Part shown: positions 11,390 to 23,700 of the stretch, one piece after another
Position numbering within the stretch: the stretch's first letter is position 1
Layout: every line of letters starts with the position of its first letter
Origin: Ostrea edulis
Lineage: Eukaryota
Length of the DNA stretch: 64,000 nucleotides
NCBI RefSeq assembly: GCF_947568905.1
Contig: NC_079172.1
Location: 49,662,001 to 49,726,000, forward strand
Reading direction: 5' to 3'
The notes under the pieces: generated by a model
The model's database searches: none
What the model saw: only the letters and a program-made list of their open reading frames with translations
Told to the model about the DNA's origin: nothing
Program-made: the position numbers and the translations under genes

Positions 11390-14347
11390 AAACATTACCC
11401 ACGTTTTCAAGAAACAACAGATAAGTCACACCGTAACTGCATTGTTAACGTGGGCACCTGCGAATGGTAGGACACATTCTGTTTTCGTGCCTATATTGTG
11501 ACTCGGAATCTACTTGTCATTCCATCATGGCGAGCACCCACCGTGCACCGAAACAGTGGTGCCTAACAAAGATTGAAACAGTAACTTCGTTCGAAAATTG
11601 GCGTTAGAACTTGATATATACTCTTTCTTTAGAGAAAAAGTTCGGCCCATTTCTTGTATCAGGGACCTGGTGGGAAAAAAAGAACAAAGAATACTCCGTA
11701 TCGAGAATTCAGCAATGACGACGAAAATGTACCCGAGGCGAGTTGCCTTACAAAGGAGCAAAAGGTAAACATATTGGAACTAATGTTGGACCAAATAGTT
11801 AACTACTGTCTTACAACATCTAGGAATACCATTGTCAAAAATTCCACATCAATAGATCAAATCTGGCAAGCTATTCGCTTTCATTATGGCTTCCAAACCA
11901 CTTGGGCTCACTTTAGAGTTTGATGCTATTCATTATGACCCAAACGAGCGTCTTGAAGATTTGTTTCTCACAGCCTTCGGAAGAATATGGGAATCACTCA
12001 TCATGGTGAAACTCTAAATGACAACGAGGAGTTTAGTCCGTCCCTTGAAAATTTTGTGGTTCTAACATGATTTAGGCTTTTTTCACGCTGATCTCCTCAG
12101 GCTGGTCAAGCAAAGGTATGGAACAGAGTTACGTGCAAGAGCACTTGCTTCGATTAAGCCCGAGATTTCACCCGCCCTGGACTCGCTTCTCAACGAACTG
12201 CACACTAGGGAAGATGCCAAGTCAATGAGAGCCTCTGTCAATAGATTCCTAAAGCCTCAGTGTAGTTTAGTACAAAGTCAACAACAGTCCATGCTCGTTG
12301 TGTAATTCAGCAGGAAGACCAGACTAACACTTTCTCAGCAAATGTGCGTTCTTACCAACACAGGACCGTAACTTCATGGCCAACGCTTGATTCATATCTG
12401 AAATATATGGTCATGACGAGTTAATCATGTGTGATGAAATAGATTTTGATGAGGACCCGCAGCCTATCCCAACTAATCGTATTCAAGTAAGGCGGTCACC
12501 GTACTTTGATGTGTTCCTAGGACACCATACTGTAAGACTTACTATTAACAGTGGCTCGACAGGGAACATGATGCGGGCCTCTGCTGCTATTTACCTTAAT
12601 GCTATAGTAACCCGCAGCTCACAATCAACCCATCAAGCAAACGGGTCATCATATTTCAAAGTCATAGGCGAAACAAGACTCACTTTCACTAGAGACAACC
12701 AAAAGCTACAATTTGAGTGACTTGTTGTAGAAATTCTCGACAGTGAAGTTTTAGTTGGCATACCATTGATGAAAAACAATGACATTTCTATTCGCCCTTC
12801 CCGATGTCAGGTACTCATTGGAATTACTGTGTTTACCAATACAGATTGTCACCTGTTGAAATACAGCGACACACCGTCGCTAGAAGGATCTACAAAACTA
12901 TCTTTCACAAACAGAACAGCATTGCTTTCAACCCAGTCTGAGTGATCTGATATCCGTCGTAATGCTGTTCATCTGCGTCAGGGAACTCAGTCACAAATGT
13001 GCGGGATGTTAAAAGATATCTCAATGTCGCTTCAAACTCAAAGGATGGTTTGTTAATCGTTAAACATCCCTCTAGTCACCAGCTGTGTCGTCAGCCGATA
13101 TTTCCATGCTCTGGACTTGGACAAAGCCATAGAATCGGTTACCAATGTGCTTCCTTACAGAGATTGCCAAAATTTTGCTTGAAACAGAGTTCCTCCGACC
13201 CACCAACAACCGTCGGCTCTTTCTTTTCTGCTGACATACTTAGACGTGAACATCAGTCTCAGATGATATTTGTCTTACGAGAAAGTGTAACTTCATATAC
13301 TTTTACCAAATTGTTAAATACATAACGGCACCAGAAACTACGTGATGTCATCATTCAGCTGCTAGCCGAAGTCCACCCTCTTGATGATCCTTTTGCTGGC
13401 GTGAGAACAGATCCAGCTCCAGGATTCAAGGCCTTAGTAAATGACGACCTCCTTGCACAACACCGCAGGGCCATTGAACTTGGGCGTCCCAAAAACTTGA
13501 ACAAGGACCCCGTGGCAGAGAGGGCAGTTCAGAAATTAGGGGAAGAAATACTCTGGTTTGACCCGTCAAAAAACGTAGTCTCACGTGTATCTCTTGTGTT
13601 CATCACAGCACGTCTAAATACACGAATAAGAAACAAGAGAACCGCCTGCTTGTGAAATACGGTCGCAAAGGGATCAGTTTTCGAACACTCAGATACCACT
13701 TGTGGATCAGGACCTAATCCTATCTCAGAATTATCTTCGACAGAAGAACCATCCTCATAGCGAACAAGCTAAATGTCCCTTCCATAAATCACCACGTGAT
13801 CTGTATGTGGGAGATATTGTTTACGTCCTTTGTGACCTCAACAAAGCAAAGTCTCGAGACACGATACCTCGTGGTAAACATTGACTATCCCTGGTGCAAC
13901 ATACGTAAATTCACGGGTTCACAACAACGCCAAAATTCATATCGTGTAAAAATTTCAGAATGTTATAAGGTACTAACCGTCAATGACCCCCTGCAACTGC
14001 ATAAAACAAATAAGCCAACCAATGTTTCGTCTGACGAAGAGTCCAACAATTTACATATAATCCATGGTACGCCTGCTTTATCATTCATCCCTAAAGATAT
14101 ATCAACTATTCCAACGCCACACGTCATATTATTAATTACCGTTGACAAATGCATAAATGATGACCAGTCTGAACCTCCAACCCATAATAATGTTTCCAGC
14201 ATTCAGCAACAAAATACCGACCTGCCCTCAGACGAGAACGTGCTTCCCTTAGCCAGACCGCAACGACAACACTCAGTTCTTCAGAGATACTCTGACTTTG
14301 TGATGTACTGACAAAATGTTTTTTTCGTACTATGTTGACTATATATA

Positions 14348-14654
14348 TGTAGCGTAAATGGGGCAGAATACTCCCCGACACCTAAAGGTAGTGTACCCAG
14401 TGAAGGTGTCTTTTCATATAGTAGTTTAGTATTACATGTGTTGTTAAACTGTTGTTCTAAGATGTAGCCTTTTAGCAGAACAAATAGGGGAAAATGGTAG
14501 CACCAGCCAATGATGTTCTCCGGAATTAGTCCTTCCACCAGCGGGCGTCTTTTATTTGTATCATTGTTTCTCGTCCGGGTATCATTATTAAAGTGCGCGA
14601 ATTTGCAACGTTCGTATGTGTTTGTGATTTATCCTCGATCTTATTGGCGCTACA
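14348..14654 (+). repeat. 3' LTR (307 bp) of the decayed Gypsy
   Basis: Bounded by 7-bp inverted termini TGTAGCG...CGCTACA. Its 3' half matches 11229-11378. Confidence 0.8.
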
Positions 14655-15173
14655 TACCATTAGATTTGTACATAATTATATTGAAGTTTAACATACAAAG
14701 ATTCGTAGCAGCTAATGTCTGCATCATCCTACCATCATCATACCATTAATAAACTCTTATTATCATTTAACGTAATGTCTGAAATCATCACGAATATCAT
14801 CATATTACAATTATTCCATATTTATTATTACTGTAAACTAACTTTTATTTCTGAGCAAGCAAATTTCATGCGAAAATTGATATTATGGATATTTCTTGTT
14901 GCGAACTAGTTTTTCACCTCTTTTTAAAGTTATGATGATAATTGCCAAAATTATTCAAAACCAATCCATGGTAGACAAAATGTGAAATTGTCATCACGAA
15001 TTAGAGTTGGTTTACAGTATACTTTACTTTCAACAATCATTCAAATTTTAAAACGCATGAAAGCAAATCTATTTAAATTAGTTTTCTTTAAAAACAAGGG
15101 TTAATACAAACAGCATCAAAAAATACAAACACTAACCAACAGAAGAAGGTAACCTGAACAGAACGCCAGAAGC

Positions 15174-15763
15174 AAAACAAATAAAGTGCACCGCCACGGC
15201 ACATGATACGCCCGTCACATATTGTTAACAGTATAGATTGTACCCATTAAAACATTTTTTATATCACCTTAATTAAATGTCACAGTGACCTTAAAGTAGG
15301 ATGCGACACACCTTCTACCTAAGATGCATTAGTTGACCAATTTTGGTGATTCTAGGTCTAATAGTTTTCAAGTTATGAGCCGGACAAGTTTTTGCCATGT
15401 ATGGCCATATCTTCTTAATGAAAAGTCACAGTGACCTGGTTTTAATGTGCGACACACCTTCTACCCAAGATGTATCTACAGACAAAGTTTGATGATTCTA
15501 GGCCTTGTAGTATTTAAGTTACGGGTCGGACACGAAAAAGCTAACAGACGGACGGACAGACGGATATCTTCTTAATGAAAGGTCATAGTGACCTGGTTTT
15601 AATGTGCGACACACCTTCTACCCAAGATGTATCTACAGACAAAGTTTGATGATTCTAGGCCTTGTAGTATTTAAGTTACGGGTCGGACACGAAAAAGCTA
15701 ACAGACGGACGGACATGAACGCCATACCATAATACGTCCCGTCTTAAGACGAGCGTATAAAAA
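15174..15763 (-). mobile_element. HINE-type element with internal tandem duplication
   Basis: SubTIRs atacgcccgtc / gacgagcgtata, (gacg/gaca)n microsatellites and a duplicated unit of ~150 bp. Abuts the transposase piece ending at 15770. Confidence 0.65.
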
Positions 15764-16543
15764 CTGTAGTCAACCTCGACCAACTCTTGTATACCAATCC
15801 TCCAATTGACTCGTGTATGAAGATAATATGTCGATGCAATTTGGGTATGAAATCTCTTTTACTTTTTTAAAGAGTATCGGCATGATGAAAGGAGTATACT
15901 TCTGTGACATTTCTTTAGATAATTCATGGAGTATGTGATCTGGAATGCACATTTTCATCCATGAGAATTGTTTAAAAAATGCAACAATTTCTCGTGCTAG
16001 GATGGTTTTCAAGCTTTCTCTGTACATTTTCTTCTCCTCTGAAGACGCCAGAAAGTTTTCAACTGTAACAACATCGGAATTTCCAATACTCCCATTATCA
16101 CTGTATTTGGAAAGATCTATCCTATGAAAGGTGAAGACAACGAACATCGATGAATCTCATAACTCCTACAAGCAATACATCCTATCTGGCGTAAAGTCAG
16201 ATGCATGAAAATCGTTGGCTTTCACGTTCATTCGAATTTCGTGTGTAGCAACCCTGAAATCTAAACTGTCTCAATTTATTTTACCATCCTTTCCAATTGC
16301 TAGACTGTGTACAATTTTTTTCATCACAGTATTTTTCTAACTCATCCATGAAATGTTACTTTGAACTTGTTGACAGGGTAATGTGAGCTTTATTCAGTCT
16401 CTGTAGTAGCTAATTAAAAAAGAACATTAAAAGAATTAGCCTTTTATTTGAAAGACAAATGAGAAGCATATGCTTTATATATGGATTAAATTAAAAGACA
16501 CGCATTTAAATGAACAACTCAGCAATATATACTCACTGCATTA

Positions 16544-16686
16544 CGGTCGACAGGGGATGCTTATTTCTCCTAGGCACCTGATCCCACCTCTGGTGTGTCC
16601 AGGGGTCCGTGTTTGCCCAACTATCTATTTTGTATTGCTTATAGGAGTTATGAGATTGATCACTGTTCGTTATCTTCACCTTTCAT
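16544..16686 (+). mobile_element. PLE 3' fragment
   Basis: cggtcgacaggggatgc...ttatcttcacctttcat. Confidence 0.75.
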
Positions 16687-19019
16687 CATCAGCATGACTT
16701 CTAATCACAAGCGCCGTGTACACCCTTTGAATTGCAGAAGATTGTTTGTTTCTAGCCTGCATTATCATTGTATACATGGTAGCCATTGTCACTCTCTCAT
16801 AAGATCTTAGTTCACTTTTCCCCTGAATATTCAAGAGAGTCGTCAAATAAAAAAGGAATTTTTGTTTGTAATTCTCCCAGAGCCTTCTCGAAAATAAAAC
16901 CATTCAATAACTCACATGGATTCTTCTCTTGTAAAACAGTTTCACCTTTTTGATTAATTTCACTCAGAGAACTATCCAGTTTTATGAAAAATGTCTGAAG
17001 ATGCTCAGTATCACGGTATCCATCATTTGCTGAGTTTTCTGATTCAAAGCACTCAATGTCAGATATATCTAGTCTATTTTGTTGAATTTATGCATAGTTT
17101 TCAAACAGATTTTGCTATTTGTTCCGCTACAGAAATCCTTTGACATTTATTGGGTTTTCTCGCCCTTTCTGGTGTTGCTACTAATAATCATCTTCTTTCG
17201 TATGTTTTTACAAAAATTTCTATAATTCAATGAGACATTTTCTCTAAATGTAGCATAGTTTGACACAGTTTTATAACATTTTTCACAAATCAACAACTCA
17301 CTACCAGTGTTCTCAAAATCTAACTAATTGATGCCTATAGTGTTTTCTAATATTTCAACAAATTGTTGTCTTCTAGATTTGTTCCCAAAGATACTAATCA
17401 GTCTGGTTGGCAATCCAGTGCAGGTGATACAATATTTTGGGACTATTGTCTTCGCTGGAGTGTTTGTTTCTTTATCCATACTGAAACAAATAATTTCAAA
17501 AATATGCTTTATTTGATAAATTTATATCACAAAAGGTGACATCATTAGCATTTTGCATAGGCCTTTACACGAAAATCAGGAAAGTATTTAAAAAAGTCGG
17601 ACTACTTAATAAATAGAAATCTGTCCATAGGACATAAATGCCCCGCCCAATTTGACAATTATGAAAAAAAAAAGAAGAATTTATTGATACCTTTCACGGC
17701 CCAATATTCTGCCCCATTCACAATGAAAAATAGATTGAATTTTTCCATTTTGTTAACAAAATTAAGATATTGAACTTTTTAAAAAGAAAATTATGCAGAT
17801 TAAGGACCTATGCGATGGTGCAGAAGCACAATAACGCCAGTTTTTAAATGGGGGATGTTTGAGAAACATATGTAACGGGGACATCTGTAACAGTCCCCGT
17901 TACAGTCAGAACAAGTCTGATAAGTATCGCAATTGTCAAGTTACATTTAACATTTCTACGTTCAACCCAATTAACATTTACATTGAACGAATGGTGCATT
18001 TCGTACTTACAAATAGAGCTACAGGGATAGAATTCTAACCCCGTTGACTTTCCGTCTGAATTATGCTTGCAGTGATGCTTGATTGCCTAGAGAAGATTTT
18101 GCTAGATCATGCATGCATCTGAAATTCATGTAGGACAGCTGCATCACATGTAGAAATTAATACTGAACATTAATGACTAAGGGAGGGCATAGATAAAAAT
18201 ACACACCGCGTTCCATGCCTCTGGAAAAACGTATGCCCATGATAAGATCTCCTGAAAGTACATTTTGTGGGATAACCAAAAACACTTGAAATTCTTCGCC
18301 TCAAATGTAACATATGGTGAATTTTGATGAAAAGTCAGAAAAATTTACGTCATTAGTTTGTCGGAAAATTAAACATCCATAAGTTTACACTATATTTTAA
18401 GTTTATTGTAATATTACCTGGTGAAGTTCAGGGGGGTTATGGCGATGAAAATCCTCAATTTCATTTTCGTTTTTTCTTTGGGATGTATCACCGCTAAAGG
18501 TAAAATATTCAAATAATAAGAAAGTCATGTATGTCATCAGATCTAAAATTTAATCCTATTTAACCCATGGTACCAATTTTAGAATTAATTGTACACGTAA
18601 TTGAAATTCTGCATATATTTCAATAACAATGCATTGAATTCTGTAAACGTGGAAAGATGATGGGTGAACTTGGCGAACAATAAGCCTATTCATGATTGGG
18701 CATAGGTCGCTAATCGGGAGTTTAAAATCCCCATTAAGGGTATCTGTAGGCTCAATAGATACAGTACCATACTAAAACGTTGTCCAAAATACATGTATCT
18801 AGAATTAAAACAAATATATAGATCATACTTCAAAGAAGGATATTTAATCAAAATCATCATCAGAATTTGTTTCACAGGCAGCATCATGTATATCAGACAT
18901 TAAGCGGTTTTTAACACACACATAAATACACTGATGCCTGGCGTACCTAAGGTACCAAATGGCATTACATATATGCTCGCAACATCCAACAATATGTTCT
19001 CCTTATTTCCATTGACATA

Positions 19020-19405
19020 TTAACTGATGTGAATGAGAAACCTCACATGTTTTGGGGTGTAAATCAATTGTGGAATAGTGTTTTCTGTATGGTGTAGTAT
19101 TAATGCTTGATTTGGATTCAGTTCCCCCCCAACAAATGTTTTTGAACAGCATTTACAACCTACTGATACTAATATACTGAATATGATAAAGGCATCAGTT
19201 CTCGCCTGTTTTGGTACAACTTTGAGGCTTGTTTTACAGAACGCGCATTTCCTGTTAGATTTCCCAGCAAATATAAATGGGGCAGAAACAGACATTTGAT
19301 GTGTTTTTGTACTGAACTGTTGTTCACTGTGCCTTTTAGACAGTCTGTGCACCAGTTGGTTGCATATTTGGCTTTTGTCATGATCTCTTCAATTAACAAC
19401 AACAT
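19020..19405 (-). pseudogene. Cys-rich fragment, probably the N-terminus of another transposon protein
   Basis: KCAFCK...VVPKQARTDAF...VGCKCC. Only a vague resemblance to transposase zinc-binding regions. Confidence 0.25.
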
Positions 19406-20370
19406 CCATATTTTACAGGAGGCCTTATACTTGTTTAAATTTATTCACTAGCTGCATGTTGGAATCTATTACCTGTGATCGTCATTAAGACTGCATAAAC
19501 TTAGCATAAAATGTCAGAGACAAATAATTCTGGGAAGTCTATTCATTAATAAGAAAACAAATAGGTAGGAAAAATTGGTACTCGAACCACAGATATGCAA
19601 TCTTGGCTTGTCCAAAAACGTCAGTGAGACTGCCGCTATACCACCTCGACTATCCATCCCATGAAGAATTTCCGAATTTCAAGCTATCTAAAGTCACCCG
19701 TCATGGACATAGAAAATTTCTTGATAATACGACAAAAGTTATACACATGAAGTAAGTTTTTTCATATAGTGGGCCAAGTCTCCATACTTTTATTTACAAA
19801 ACATATTACTCCTGAACATGTACTAACATATTTTGCATAGTTCACAATAGAGACTTGGCCCACTCCATATAAAAATCTGCTTGGAAAAGTCAAATTTACT
19901 GTTATTCTGTGCGTTTTTCGCGGATAGGTGATTTTAAGTAGGATTGTTTCAACGTTCCTTTGAAATGGGCACATCGAAAAAGTATTTTTGGAAACTATGA
20001 ATTGATTGTTTAAACTAGAATGCAATTTTTTCTTTTTCTGGAGAGTTTCAATTTTAACTTTGATATTTGTCCCTCTGTGGGTTCTCGGCTCGATAAAGCC
20101 ACCCATCTTCAAATTTATGCACGAGGTTACTTACTCTATAGATACGTGATTACAAGATTTTCGTGTAATCTTCCCCGCACGTACTACATTTGTATTTCGT
20201 ATTGATGTTACTGACATTGCGTAATTAAACCCTATACGTAAAATATGCTTCATTGACAACAGGAGGACAATAGAATTTTTATTGAAAGTGTGGTTCTTTT
20301 GACTATCTTTGCGCATAGAACAATAGTCTCAATTGAACATGCTTGATGTAAGTCATAGTTTGTGATTTAC

Positions 20371-20377
20371 TATAAAA
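20371..20377 (+). promoter_or_regulatory. Candidate TATA box of protease paralog 2
   Basis: TATAAAA ~30 nt upstream of an initiator-like tagttcaga and ~85 nt upstream of a candidate first coding exon (20456-20510). Confidence 0.35.
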
Positions 20378-20727
20378 TTTGTTAAGAAGCGTTTGAACTC
20401 TAGTTCAGAATAGGATTTTAAAACACGCAACACATTTACAACAGAGCGATGCTAAATGTACTTAGAAATCTGATTGAATTATTTGTATAATGTTATTCTA
20501 AAAGCGTCAGGTATTAATCAATTGGCATACTTTCCTTTTTTACACAACTGTGTATTCTTTTTGCCTTTTGTATATTAAAGCCAAACGATAAATTGAGAAA
20601 AATTATCAAGATTTCAGCTTTAATAAAGCGCAAGTTTAAAATCGATGCCAAAAATTGTAAAAAAAAAAAAAATAAAAAAAAAAAAAAATAAAAAAATGAA
20701 AGAAGAATTTGTATTTCATTTGAGAAG

Positions 20728-23700
20728 GTGATGAACACTTTTTGTCACGAGTTCGTCGTATCATCGGAGGCACTCCCCTTCAGGACGGCGAAGCGCCTTA
20801 TCTCACCTTTGTGGCTGGTTACAGCACTACACAAACTCGTGGAAGGCGGAGTATATTTCGTTCATTTGACCGAAGGACAACGACAACAACAACAACAACA
20901 ACGAGTAAACCCGACCCGGACCCTACAGAACCTTTTGTAGTACCAAGTCAATTTTGTACAGGAAGTCTTGTTAATGAACGATGGGCATTGACAGCCGCTC
21001 ATTGCTTTGATGGGACAACTGCGTAAGTAGTATAACGATTGTGATTGAGAACTTAAAAGACACATCGCAAGTTTCCAAAATATACAAAATTATATGTATT
21101 TTGTCTTTCTTGTGCTTATAGCAATTCATTCTAATAGTTCGTTTGCCGAATATTGCGAGTCTTATATGTTTTAGCCAGTATACGTAGTGCATACAAATAG
21201 CGATGTAAATACCAAAACGTAGCGAGGAAAGCAAGTATGAAATCGGCAATTGCTAGTAAATAATGTTTACATTGGTCGCTGTCTATAGCTAAATACTATT
21301 TAGTTATGTTATTCCTTTTAACATCTGTAACTAGCGATGTTTTTTTTTTTTATTATTTTAAAAATATAAACAGTGCAATTATCATTAAAATTATTTTTGG
21401 ATTAGCATACATGCCACCTTTTAAAAATGGCCATGGGGGATTTTGCGCACTACGACCTTTTTGCAACGCTTTAAATTCGCGACATTTTGTCTTTTCAAAG
21501 AAAATATTTTAATCTAAACATTGTACATGTATCATAAATAAACACATCAAGTGTGTTTGGCCATTAACTTCAACAAAACTTTTTAAAAACACAATTTGGA
21601 AGATACATAATTATGTTATTAAAATCATCAACTATTCAGCATCAAGTTAAAGATAAACTAACGTATCCCCTCCAACAATAAGTTACATACATATTATCAA
21701 ATGATACCCAAAGTTGCATCCTTTTACACCATAACATGATTGGACTATATATCAAAATTTAAATCAGTTCAGTTCAGTTTATTTTCGCCCAAATCATAAT
21801 TACAAAAACGATCATGATTCGATATCGACACAATATAGCCAGTAAAGGTAGGTGATTACCAGAGTGGCACTTATCGATACGATATCGACACAATATAGCC
21901 AGTAAAGGTAGGTGATTACCAGAGTGGCACTTATCGATACGATATCGACACAATATAGCCAGTAAAGGTAGGTGATTACCAGAGTGGCACTTATCGATAC
22001 GATATCGACACAATATAGCCAGTAAAGGTAGGTGATTACCAGAGTGGCACTTATCGATACGATGTCGAGTTTGCGTTGTTGATATCGAACACGTATCTAC
22101 ATCGTGTCTTGGACCTCAGACCCAAAAGCAAAGATTGGTGCAATCTTTGCACCAATTAAGGTTGACATGATTTTGTGTCATGTAGTTTTATCTCTCTATA
22201 ATGAATAAACATCTGACGTGCGTACCATATGCCCTGTCGGTGCACTTTATTTTCCTTAATAGTAATATATACATGTAGTGACAATAATTACCGATTTAAT
22301 ACATGTACCACTAAGCGAGCAGCCCTAACCAGCAGCCAATAGGGCCTGTAGCAACCATTAGAGATTAAAAATCCACTAATAATAAATTGCATCATTCCCC
22401 TAGTAACCTTCGACTTTTTTCAATTTGGAATTAATTGTATTTTAAAATTTCATACTTGATAATTGTCTCTTTTTGATTGGTTAGACCAACTCGCTTTAGA
22501 ATCATTGAATAATAGTCTGATATTTTTATAGCGACATTTGTCAATACCTTGTCTGCGGTTATGATATCACCAACTCTTGAGTCTGTGAAGATGTTCAGTT
22601 GCTTATAAAACATTTGGTCACCTGCGCAAATAAAGAGTACACCCCTCTCTTTCTCTCTGTATATAGTTAGTAAGTATTCTAAACAAGAGCTCCGCTGGGT
22701 ATCCCGCGGGGTGTCCCCTCGCATTGAGTGTCTACAAGCTTTTTATTAGCTGCAATAATGTAGCCCTATCCAATTTTTTTTATTCTGACGTTTTCGGGAT
22801 AGGGCTACAATTCCATAGGATCTCCGTAATGGTGCAAAATAATTTTATGAATAACCGATAATAAACTCTGTGTATTAGTCCCAAATGTTGTTTACACCGA
22901 AAGGAGTACCAACTTTGTGCTCGGGTATGTCTAATAAAGGTGTTTTTCATTAAATATAATGTACAGCATGCAAAATTCTTCGTCTGCTCCGCCATGCTTG
23001 TTATCGCGAGATCTCGTAGGTGGATCTAATGAAAGGCCTAAACATTGACAATCAGCGCGAAAATGTAGTTACTCGAGCCACTTCGACAAAGAAAGGAAAA
23101 TCATATTGTTGCAGAAAGAATTTACACTCTGCTGTTCGGTTTTTAACTTGATATTAAATTCAAACCTTTTCAATACCGACGAAATAGATTTCGCCTCCAT
23201 ACTTGTCCATTGATGTAAATACTACCTTATATGGCATATGCAAATGACTTGACAACCGGAAGTTGAAACTTCAGTACATCAAACATGGCGCACAAATATG
23301 AATCGAGAAATTGGAATTTATCGAAATTGTTGAAAACGGTAGAATAGAGCCTCACAAATCTAAAGTTGCAGGTTGTAAATTTATATATTGACTAAGAAAC
23401 ATAGAATATCATTTTATTTACGTAAAGAAAGTCAGGAAATGTTTAGAATGAGCGCAAATGTTGCGGGAGTGAATCACTCCCGCATTTGCACCATTACGGA
23501 GATCCTAAGGAGTTGTAGCCCTCTCCCAAAAAAAAAAAAAAAATCAGAGAGGGCTACATTATTGCAGCTAGCTTTTTATATGAAGTCCAGTAGTAACCTC
23601 AATTGTCGTATTTTGCCTTGTGTGCAGTTGACGATCTGCTTGTGGAGCTAAAGGACTTTAAACTCGAGCCACCCACTGAAGCAGGCAGACCGTGACGGGT

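Larger units (their letters stand above)
11229..14654 (+). mobile_element. Decayed, internally deleted Gypsy LTR retrotransposon
   Basis: Truncated 5' LTR 11229-11378 matches the 3' LTR. Gag starts [26 protein letters not shown] at 11527. Protease remnant LTINSGSTGNM, and integrase remnants at 12999-13655 (RTDPAPGF, NKDPVAERAVQ). No RT/RNaseH seen; many stops and frameshifts. Confidence 0.85.
8316..16903 (-). pseudogene. Fragmented DUF6589-like DNA-transposon transposase, split by later insertions
   Basis: Collinear minus-strand pieces: MIMQARNKQSSAIQRVYTAL (16903-16690); LNKAHITLS...GKIN*DSLDFRVATHEIR (~16400-16200); FLASSEEKK...IPDHILHELSKEMSQK (16125-15770); NFMDAVKEGDIFR...KYMAEGIDYIQKTEILLSPK (10380-10056); KVRAASFINKSGRIG...KELIKGLGFNKTEN (8957-8316). 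Family assignment is from motif recall, not from a search. Confidence 0.55.
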
